Shown here: in pieces, positions 11,246-17,935 of the stretch
How positions within the stretch are numbered: the first letter of the stretch is position 1
Layout of the letters: the number at the start of each line of letters is the position of its first letter
NCBI RefSeq assembly: GCF_000179635.2
Contig: NC_014825.1
Span: 180,001 to 212,000, forward strand
Origin: Ruminococcus albus 7 = DSM 20455
GTDB lineage: Bacteria > Bacillota > Clostridia > Oscillospirales > Ruminococcaceae
Length of the DNA stretch: 32,000 nucleotides
Reading direction: 5' to 3'
Position numbers and translations under genes: made by a program
Notes under the pieces: generated by a model
Database searches by the model: none
What the model saw: only the letters and a program-made list of their open reading frames with translations
What the model was told of the DNA's origin: nothing

Positions 11246-11800
11246 TCACTTTCCCGAAGCCATAGCATACCAGTTATCATCATGCACTTCAATCTGCTTA
11301 ACTTCTTCCCCAGTCTCAACTTCTCCCGTCCAGCTCATATTGCTCTCGACCTTCGTGCCTGCCGGAACTGTAGAAGCCTTCATAACTGAGCTATTACAGT
11401 CGATATGGCAACAATCTTCGAGCACACAGTCATGGTTGACGACCGCACCTGCGGAGATGAAACAGCCGATACCGACATTCGCTCCCGTGTGGACAACAGC
11501 CATCGGCTCGACCACACAGCCGGTAGAAACCACTGCACTTGGCGATACATAGGCGTGTGGTGAGATAAGACTCACAACTCTGCTCTTATCAATCTTCTCA
11601 AGCATCCTTCCACGCACTTCTGCATTACCAATAGCGACGATCACATCGCTCTCGAACTTATCCACATCATCAGGCGTACCGATTGCTTTATCCGATTTTC
11701 CATCCAGGAAGTCGATTTTCTCATATCCAAGTTCCTCTGCGATTTCTTTGGCTATCATTCCGTACTGTCCTGCGCCAATGATCAATAAGTTGTCACGCAT
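11246..11800 (-). CDS. NeuD/PglD-family sugar N/O-acetyltransferase (copy A)
   Basis: LLIIGAGQYG N-terminal Rossmann-like motif followed by a hexapeptide-repeat C-terminal half. ORF call 11246..11911 trimmed to the ATG at 11800-11798, which has a GGGGGGGA RBS. Confidence 0.75.
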   Translation of the reverse strand: MRDNLLIIGAGQYGMIAKEIAEELGYEKIDFLDGKSDKAIGTPDDVDKFESDVIVAIGNAEVRGRMLEKIDKSRVVSLISPHAYVSPSAVVSTGCVVEPMAVVHTGANVGIGCFISAGAVVNHDCVLEDCCHIDCNSSVMKASTVPAGTKVESNMSWTGEVETGEEVKQIEVHDDNWYAMASGK

Positions 11801-11876
11801 TGTGATCCCCCCCTGTCTACAAGCCACAGACCGATGAGTATGTGTGGACAACCACACGCTGGTCTGGGAAATAACG

Positions 11877-11905
11877 TTTATATATGCTGATGTTCCTTCA
11901 AACAA
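11877..11905 (-). promoter_or_regulatory. candidate sigma-70-type promoter for the acetyltransferase A / PGT operon
   Basis: On the minus strand TTGTTT-N17-TATAAA, ~75 nt upstream of the ATG at 11800. A 6-bp/4-nt-loop palindrome GTGTGGacaaCCACAC (11842-11857) lies in the leader. Sequence match only. Confidence 0.3.
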
Positions 11906-11978
11906 GCTCATATCAGCCTCTGTGCGGAAAGCATAATCTATCCACTCACAGCAGCTTATATCAGCCTGTTAAAACATC

Positions 11979-12231
11979 TCTGCTCTCCCTATGAGTTAGG
12001 AAGTGTGTAACTTCTGCTCAACTTCCACACACTCTACTATCTCATATTCTCTTTGAAAACCACGCTAAATCGGCGTTTTTCACACATTCCCATTTTGTTA
12101 CACTCTCTATTCTGCTCTCCCTATGACTTACGAGGTGTGTATTTCGTCACAAAAACGCTGTTTTCGGCTCGTTTTAGCCTATTTTAGCTCCTATTCTATA
12201 TCTGCTCTACCTACGGATTAGTAGTTGCATA
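11979..12231. repeat. three degenerate ~31-bp direct repeats in a non-coding junction
   Basis: Copies at 11979-12009 (TCTGCTCTCCCTATGAGTTAGGAAGTGTGTA), 12111-12141 (28/31 identical to the first) and 12201-12231 (22/31). Spacing is irregular (132 and 90 nt). Confidence 0.7.
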
Positions 12232-12279
12232 AATATGTATAATACGCGAAAATGTCGATTTTACGTTGTTTTCGTGATG

Positions 12280-12732
12280 TCATGCAACTCCTACATCGAG
12301 TAATTTCATCAGCTCAAAGTAACCCTTTGACTGGGCAACGCGCTTCTGCTTGAATATAGCGGGACCCGGATCGTCGCATTTTATCGCTATCGCTGCAAAT
12401 GCGTAGAGCGGCGAAAGAACAACCATACCTCCGAATGAAAGCACCACATCAAGTCCGCGCTTTACATACTTCTCATAAAAAGTCGGTGTATGATTGCATA
12501 CTCCGACAGCCTCAAGATGTCCGTTTTTGCCGTCGGCATTAATTGGGTCGTTGTTGTCCTCAACAAATACGACCTTTTTGCCCTTCATGGGGTTCTGCTC
12601 CTCAGGGCGGTCGGCGTATTCGGACTTCGGCTTCTGTTTCTTTGCAATAGCTCGCATAACAACGAAAGCCGCACCAAGCGCAACACCCGAATATGTAGCT
12701 GTCTTTATCAGTTTCTTTTTGAAATCGGACAT
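12280..12732 (-). pseudogene. 5' fragment of a second phosphoglycosyl transferase gene (truncated paralog of 9300..11198)
   Basis: Colinear with aa ~20-165 of the 632-aa PGT ([56 protein letters not shown]). Frame and homology are lost at the KFRSM motif (~12290), and the catalytic DE dyad region and SDR domain are missing. Confidence 0.75.
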
Positions 12733-12747
12733 TTCTCCACCCACTTT

Positions 12748-13236
12748 TCAGAAAATCTTGCCGTAATCGACCTTTGTTTTCGGCGGTACCGTCTGATTCG
12801 AGCGAACCGTTGCGTTGCAATCGATGTGGCACCCCTCACCGACAACCGAATTGTGATTGACCACAGCGCCGCTCGAAATGATACAGCACCGATCTACCTT
12901 GACTGCGGTGCTTATCACCGACATTGGCTCGATAACGCACCCCTCGGCTATTTTTGCAGATGGGCTAACATAAGCCTTCGGACTGATGAACGACACAATC
13001 TCGTACCCCGCGGCTTTCAGCTTGTCCGTGACCGCAAGGCGGATATCGGCGTCGCCTATCGCCACAATTGCGCACTGGTACCTGTCGGTGAACTTTGCGC
13101 AGTCCGCAAGTGTACCGATTGCCTCTTCACTGTGGTCATCTAGGAAATCTATTTTATCATAAAGATTCAGCGCACGCGCCGACTCCTTTAGCATAGCGCC
13201 GTACTGTCCCGCGCCGATTATCAGTAAATTATTCAT
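12748..13236 (-). CDS. NeuD/PglD-family acetyltransferase (copy B)
   Basis: MNNLLIIGAGQYG plus a hexapeptide C-terminal half, alignable along its whole length with copy A. The ATG at 13236 overlaps the stop of the upstream small ORF (ATGA). Confidence 0.75.
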   Translation of the reverse strand: MNNLLIIGAGQYGAMLKESARALNLYDKIDFLDDHSEEAIGTLADCAKFTDRYQCAIVAIGDADIRLAVTDKLKAAGYEIVSFISPKAYVSPSAKIAEGCVIEPMSVISTAVKVDRCCIISSGAVVNHNSVVGEGCHIDCNATVRSNQTVPPKTKVDYGKIF

Positions 13237-13472
13237 CAGAAAAAGTCCGCCTGTTCTTCGCCCGTCCAATTCATATCGTTCAGGCGATCATTTTCAACAA
13301 GTTTTACAAACACCTTACTGCCCCTCGCAGCCAATGACTCAATGCAAAACAGCTTAGAAAACGTAGTTTCAGCTAACGCCTTTCCATCAGCGAATTCCAT
13401 CTGCTTATCCTCAATCACCGCAACAACCGGTGACTCGATCTTCGCCACAAACCGCTCGACCCTATAAGTCAT
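13236..13472 (-). CDS. hypothetical 78-aa protein
   Basis: Open frame with a GGTGAG RBS and an ATGA stop/start overlap with acetyltransferase B. No recognisable motif. Confidence 0.4.
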   Translation of the reverse strand: MTYRVERFVAKIESPVVAVIEDKQMEFADGKALAETTFSKLFCIESLAARGSKVFVKLVENDRLNDMNWTGEEQADFF

Positions 13473-13581
13473 AATAATCTCACCAATTTATTTCCCAAAC
13501 TAATAAAATTTGTCAAAAGCCCCAAAAAAGCACTGTATAATCAACTTTTCAGACACCATTGACGAATACCTGATGTTAGCT

Positions 13582-15804
13582 TTAAAGATCTTTGCAAATA
13601 TTCATCAGCAGTTCAGCCAACTCATCTGTCAGCTTACCCTGCCGTTTCTTCTGCATCTGAGTACACCGCCACTTAACAAGGTCAAGGTCATTATAGCGAT
13701 CCTTACTCGCTGGGTGTCTGCCGAACTTTTGCAGGTACTCCATGTAACTGTCGTAGTATTTCATAAAGACTTCGTTTTTGCGTCTCTGACGCAGATTTTC
13801 AAGCGGTATGCCAGCCTCTTTAAACCGCTCGACGCGGTGCGCCTGCATATTTCCGGCTAAATACAAAACGACCTGACTTTTATACCATTTTCCCAGCTTG
13901 TATCCATCAACAACCTCATTGATGCCCGGCAGGCTGCCAAACTCTTTGAAATAGCTTCTAAGCCTATTGAAAGCGTTCAACCACTCTTCTTCATGTTTGT
14001 CCCAGGTAAAACCAATCGAATCAAGCATCGCAATACGTTCTTCCGACAGCTGCCCGCGATACCTTGCGGTACGCTGAGAGTTCGCCCAAACGTATAGAAC
14101 CTTTAATTCCGGGTCTAACTTTACATCGGCATAATTCGGGAAACGTCCATGCTGCTTCACGAATTCGCCGAGCCTATCACAGTTATCCTGCCAATACTCT
14201 GCCATACCCTTAGTGATCTCGCAGCCCAGCGCAATAAGCTTTTGGACTTTGTCTTCCTCAAGCGTACCATTGCGGTACTTGTTTTTTTGCGTTGTGACCC
14301 ATCTGTACAGACTTGTCTTGTCCGAACCGAACTCCGATTTTTTCGGGAAATGCCCGAGCGATTCAGTGATTGATTTCAGTTCTTCAAAATACATCTGCCA
14401 GCTTGCCTCATTGACATTCCACGGAAAACAGATACAGTTGAGCTTGTCAACACGATTCTTTGACAGCTTGCCCTGATTGTTCAGAGTTCGCTGCTGATTA
14501 GCCCATTTGCCGATCAGAACTCCCTCATAAGAGATATTTCCGTCCGGGAAAGCATGATACTTCTCGGCGTACTCTTTGAGCAGCTCGAAGTTGAAATCCC
14601 AACTGTTGGCGAAAGTGTCATTCAACTCATTGAGTATCTCTCTGATGTCACGAACGTAGTCATACAACTCAAATTCGATCTCATCATCGTAATCGCCCTC
14701 ACCTCGGGCTATTTCCATGAAACCGGCGTACTGCTGTGCCGTATCGCCTGTTTCGTAGTTGTTTACAATATCGAAGATCAGAGGTTTTTTCTTTGAGTCG
14801 GAGCAAGCCAGCGCCCGCCCGAGCTGCTGATAGAAAACGTTTGCAGACTGCGTGGCGCGGAGCATGATGACCCCGTCCACGTCGTCGAAGTGAACGCCCT
14901 CGTTCAGCATATCAATGCAAAACAGCAGCTTTAATACATTACTGTCCTTATCACTCCTGAACTCCTCGAATTGTTTGTTCGACGCGCTGTTCTGAGCGTA
15001 GACCGTGTATTTATGAATATCGCGGTTGACTTTCGTGAACCACGAGTCGCATTCGCTGACCATTCTATGAAGCTGTTCCACGCTCGGACAGAAGACAATG
15101 AACTTGCCCGCCTTGTTGCGGATATGCTTCTCGAATATTTTGTCAATGCCGACATCAAGTTCGGCAATCATCGACTTTGCTTTTCTAATCTTACCCAGCA
15201 AGGCACTTTTCAGTCTCGGATTGCCCGACTGCTCGGCTTTCATTTCAAGCTGTTCTATGTCACCCCTGAAAGAATACCATGAGGTAACATATATCGGCAG
15301 TGGAAGTATCTTTCTGCGAATTGCCTCAGCCAAACTCATGTTCACGGCATAGACACCGTTAAACAGTTCGTCCGCCATGTTCCGTCCGCTGTCGAGATAG
15401 CGTATCGGAGTTGCCGACGTTCCGAACACCTTAGCACTCGGGTTGCCGTCAAGCAATCTCTGTACACCCTGCCCCCACTCATCAGCACCGCAGCGGTGAA
15501 ACTCGTCCAGTACGATGTAGTTGTACTCAGAGAACGCTTCGGTCTGCGACAGCTTGGTATATGTGAGAAAATCGGTGTTATCAAGTGAAATCCTGTTCTC
15601 GTCAGCAAGCGACTTCATCTGCTCAAATATGTAAGTCGATGGAGAGCAGACCGCAAAACGCTTATCGGCATTATCCTCGATGAGCTGCATGATGAGGTAG
15701 CTTTTGCCCGTTCCCGTAGGCTGCACCGCAGCGACCCTCTGCTCCGTCTGAAAAAGGCCCACCATGTTTGCATAAGTTTCACTATTGTGTTTATGCAAAA
15801 ACAT
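13582..15804 (-). CDS. DEAD/DEAH-box (SF2) helicase with five C-terminal helicase-associated (HA) repeats
   Basis: Motif I QPTGTGKS, motif II VLDEFH, motif III GTSATP, motif VI QQLGRALA. The C-terminal ~340 aa (13582-14601) is five ~65-aa repeats of pattern W..[FL]..L..[FY]....G..P...........L..W...Q+......L....+..L...G. Start set to the ATG at 15804 (AGGTGAGGA RBS). Confidence 0.8.
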   Translation of the reverse strand: MFLHKHNSETYANMVGLFQTEQRVAAVQPTGTGKSYLIMQLIEDNADKRFAVCSPSTYIFEQMKSLADENRISLDNTDFLTYTKLSQTEAFSEYNYIVLDEFHRCGADEWGQGVQRLLDGNPSAKVFGTSATPIRYLDSGRNMADELFNGVYAVNMSLAEAIRRKILPLPIYVTSWYSFRGDIEQLEMKAEQSGNPRLKSALLGKIRKAKSMIAELDVGIDKIFEKHIRNKAGKFIVFCPSVEQLHRMVSECDSWFTKVNRDIHKYTVYAQNSASNKQFEEFRSDKDSNVLKLLFCIDMLNEGVHFDDVDGVIMLRATQSANVFYQQLGRALACSDSKKKPLIFDIVNNYETGDTAQQYAGFMEIARGEGDYDDEIEFELYDYVRDIREILNELNDTFANSWDFNFELLKEYAEKYHAFPDGNISYEGVLIGKWANQQRTLNNQGKLSKNRVDKLNCICFPWNVNEASWQMYFEELKSITESLGHFPKKSEFGSDKTSLYRWVTTQKNKYRNGTLEEDKVQKLIALGCEITKGMAEYWQDNCDRLGEFVKQHGRFPNYADVKLDPELKVLYVWANSQRTARYRGQLSEERIAMLDSIGFTWDKHEEEWLNAFNRLRSYFKEFGSLPGINEVVDGYKLGKWYKSQVVLYLAGNMQAHRVERFKEAGIPLENLRQRRKNEVFMKYYDSYMEYLQKFGRHPASKDRYNDLDLVKWRCTQMQKKRQGKLTDELAELLMNICKDL

Positions 15805-15840
15805 AGTCCTCACCTTCTCAGATATTTAGAAATAATTGGA

Positions 15841-15869
15841 ATTATTTTTCTCAAATCAACTTATTTCAA
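15841..15869 (-). promoter_or_regulatory. candidate promoter of the helicase gene
   Basis: Minus strand TTGAAA-N17-AATAAT, ~35 nt upstream of the ATG at 15804. Sequence match only. Confidence 0.3.
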
Positions 15870-15875
15870 GAAAAG

Positions 15876-15897
15876 TTCAATAACAAATGTTATTGAA
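15876..15897. promoter_or_regulatory. perfect 10-bp inverted repeat (operator-like palindrome) in the helicase/int1 divergent region
   Basis: TTCAATAACA-aa-TGTTATTGAA, immediately upstream of the candidate helicase -35. The palindrome is certain; its function is inferred. Confidence 0.45.
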
Positions 15898-16001
15898 TAG
15901 TGGAAACGCTTGGAACTAACGATTTTCAGCCACTTTCATACTTTATGATTATAGCATTTATTTGTTTCATTGTCAAGAAGAAAGCGATTAATTCGTGAAT
16001 A

Positions 16002-16010
16002 TGATAGAAT
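16002..16010 (+). promoter_or_regulatory. candidate extended -10 element for int1
   Basis: TGaTAGAAT ~55 nt upstream of the ATG at 16064. No good -35. Confidence 0.25.
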
Positions 16011-16063
16011 TTACATAAGTTTCACGCCATAATTTGATAATATTTGATTTTGGAGGAGTCAAA

Positions 16064-17143
16064 ATGAGTACAGGAACCACGTACTTACGAAAGGACGGAC
16101 GTTGGGAAACAAGGGTTTCCCTTGGAGTTGTTGACGGCAAACGTCAGACAAAGTCATTCTACGGGCGCACAAAAGAGGAAGCCGAGGGCAAGATGATGGC
16201 TGAGGTCATGAACGGTATGAGCTTTCAGATAACGGGACTTACCGTCAAGGCGCTATGTATGGAATGGCTGTCGGTCAACAGCCACAGGGTCAAGGTATCC
16301 ACGCAGGCTAATTATATGACAAAATTTGAAAAGCACATTCTACCGTACTTTGGCGATAAAATGTGCTATGAGATCACTTCAAAAACAGTCTATGGGTTCA
16401 TACAGGCGAAACTCGATGAGGGGCTTTCTGCTGGATATGTTTCCAACATTCTGGTGCTGCTGAAAACTGTTTTCAAGTACGCGCAGAAGGAGTACCACAT
16501 TCTCAATCCCTTTGACAACGTCATCATGCCCAAAAGTACAAAGTCCGAAACTCGTCTGCTGACGAAGAAGGAGCAGAAAAAGCTAAAGGAATACCTGAAA
16601 AGCAACGTCAATACAGCAACCCTCGGCATTTCACTTGCTATTTCTATGGGGCTGCGCATTGGTGAGATTTGCGGTCTAACTTGGCAGGATATTGACTTTA
16701 AGTGCCGCACTCTGACCGTCAGGCGGACAGTACAGCGTATTCGGGTGAAAGGCGAAGCAAAAAAGACAAAGATCGTCATTCTGCCGCCTAAAAGTAAAAG
16801 TTCCTTCCGCGAGATACCCATTCCCACGAGTGTGTTTGCTATGCTCAAAAACCTGCGGAGCACGCCCGAACACTACATATTGAGCGACAGCACCGAGCCA
16901 AAAGAACCGCGAATGATGTACTATGACTACGTCGAGATTCTGAAAGAACTCGGTCTTCCGTCCGTTAAATTCCATAGCCTTCGTCACGCCGCTGCGAGCA
17001 ACGCTATCGAAGCCGGATTCGATGTTAAGACGCTTTCCGAGGTATTAGGACACTCGCGGATAGAAATGACAATGAATCTTTATGTGCATTCCAACATGGA
17101 CAGGAAGCGCAAGCTGATGGACAAGCTGGATATAGATACCTAA
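16064..17143 (+). CDS. tyrosine-type site-specific recombinase/integrase (int1)
   Basis: GLRIGEICGLTWQDID (catalytic R), HSLRHAAAS (HxxR), LGHS and LYVHS (nucleophile Y). Start set to the ATG at 16064 with a GGAGG RBS (ORF call 16034 is an upstream TTG). Confidence 0.9.
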   Translation: MSTGTTYLRKDGRWETRVSLGVVDGKRQTKSFYGRTKEEAEGKMMAEVMNGMSFQITGLTVKALCMEWLSVNSHRVKVSTQANYMTKFEKHILPYFGDKMCYEITSKTVYGFIQAKLDEGLSAGYVSNILVLLKTVFKYAQKEYHILNPFDNVIMPKSTKSETRLLTKKEQKKLKEYLKSNVNTATLGISLAISMGLRIGEICGLTWQDIDFKCRTLTVRRTVQRIRVKGEAKKTKIVILPPKSKSSFREIPIPTSVFAMLKNLRSTPEHYILSDSTEPKEPRMMYYDYVEILKELGLPSVKFHSLRHAAASNAIEAGFDVKTLSEVLGHSRIEMTMNLYVHSNMDRKRKLMDKLDIDT

Positions 17144-17245
17144 CGTCAATTATTCGTCAAAAAACCGTCGGGGATAGCTCCATAAAATGGCGCTATCCCG
17201 CGATATTTCGACGTATTGCCGCAAATTAAGTTGTTTTGTTACAAA

Positions 17246-17289
17246 CCGAGATAGCACTTCCCTGCGCTATTTCGGTATTTTCATTTTTT
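17246..17289 (+). terminator. hairpin plus T-tract between convergent int1 and the SLOG gene
   Basis: CCGAGATAGC (17246-17255) pairs with GCTATTTCGG (17266-17275), giving a 10-bp stem with one G-U and a 10-nt loop, followed by TATTTTCATTTTTT. A related 8-bp hairpin GGGATAGC/GCTATCCC lies at 17171-17199. Confidence 0.5.
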
Positions 17290-17745
17290 AAGCAGATTTA
17301 TTATCCGTTTTCCACATTTTTCAGCATACTTCATCGCCTTAGCCGCTCCGCCGCCTTTTTCAACAGCACAGATCACAAGGTCACTGCGGTCAACCATGCT
17401 TTTGTTTCTCTCATAGATAGCCGCCTTCGGATGCGCTGCCGCAGCTTCGGAACAGATCTCGACTTCATCATAATAGGCTTCGTAGCTTTCACGATTATCA
17501 CGGTATTCCGCCCGTTCATACGGCAGCACAAGTATCAGCGACGCATTTCCGCAAGCGTAGTCATCGATCGCCTTTCGTACAGTTGAAGCCGCCAGCTGAT
17601 CGAAATCGCCGTCCCTGCCTACAAGAAATTCGACGTACTCTTTTGATTTTATCAATTCCCGCAGAATTGTGAGCAGTCTTTTCTCCAGCGCAAACATATT
17701 CGGCAGTTTCCTATGCCCGAAAAACGTCACCGTGTAAATATTCAT
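17281..17745 (-). CDS. SLOG-superfamily protein (DUF1273 / YpsA-like)
   Basis: N-terminal TFFGHRKL, VGRDGDFDQLAA glycine-rich loop, ERNKSMVDRSDLVICAV and GGAAKAMKYAEKCGKRIINL match the pattern I associate with clostridial DUF1273 proteins. GAGG RBS. Confidence 0.65.
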   Translation of the reverse strand: MNIYTVTFFGHRKLPNMFALEKRLLTILRELIKSKEYVEFLVGRDGDFDQLAASTVRKAIDDYACGNASLILVLPYERAEYRDNRESYEAYYDEVEICSEAAAAHPKAAIYERNKSMVDRSDLVICAVEKGGGAAKAMKYAEKCGKRIINLLKK

Positions 17746-17849
17746 ACCGCACCGCCTCAGAATCCGCTTAGGAAATCCGACGAAATTTTTACCGTCAACT
17801 TGCTTTTTGAAAGTCGATAAAGTATAATAAATACGTGGGGTTTATGACT

Positions 17850-17869
17850 TTTCGCAAAGTCTGTGATTT
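17850..17869. repeat. left arm of a perfect 20-bp inverted repeat (IRL)
   Basis: TTTCGCAAAGTCTGTGATTT is the exact reverse complement of 19127-19146. It overlaps the internal palindrome GACTTT-tcgc-AAAGTC (17846-17861). Confidence 0.95.
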
Positions 17870-17935
17870 CAGGGCGAAACTGTTCAGAAGCCCGATTTTA
17901 CAGGCTATTTATATTTTCCTTGACGGCAAATTACG

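Noticed and set aside
11979-12231. Possible CRISPR array (three ~31-bp repeats)
   Set aside because: Only three copies, progressively degenerate (28/31 and 22/31), with irregular spacing (132 and 90 nt) and no cas genes in the window. The unit structure looks like decayed tandem duplication rather than repeat-spacer architecture.
12490-13143. Long plus-strand ORFs antisense to recognised genes (also 1508-2080, 10125-10400, 26615-27232, 27617-28138 and similar)
   Set aside because: Each lies entirely opposite a minus-strand CDS with clear family motifs, lacks an RBS and has no recognisable motifs. These are typical shadow ORFs.
13236-13290. The C-terminal NDMNWTGEE of the 78-aa ORF resembles SNMSWTGEV near the C-terminus of acetyltransferase A, hinting that the small ORF is a remnant of a third acetyltransferase
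   Set aside because: The similarity covers only ~8 residues, and the rest of the 78-aa sequence shows no hexapeptide periodicity. It cannot be supported without a profile search.
13510-13545. Plus-strand promoter-like TTGTCA-N18-TATAAT downstream of the helicase gene
   Set aside because: It points antisense into the helicase 3' end with no downstream gene and an imperfect -35. It is probably fortuitous in AT-rich intergenic DNA, though it could equally be read on the minus strand as part of the small-ORF promoter region.
13473-13581. Search for a tRNA gene or att repeats marking the left end of the mobile element (also 15814-16033 and 17144-17280)
   Set aside because: I saw no tRNA-like T-arm or acceptor sequence. 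Only 8-10-bp matches (for example TATTCGTCAA) link these regions, which is chance level. The boundary is left undetermined.
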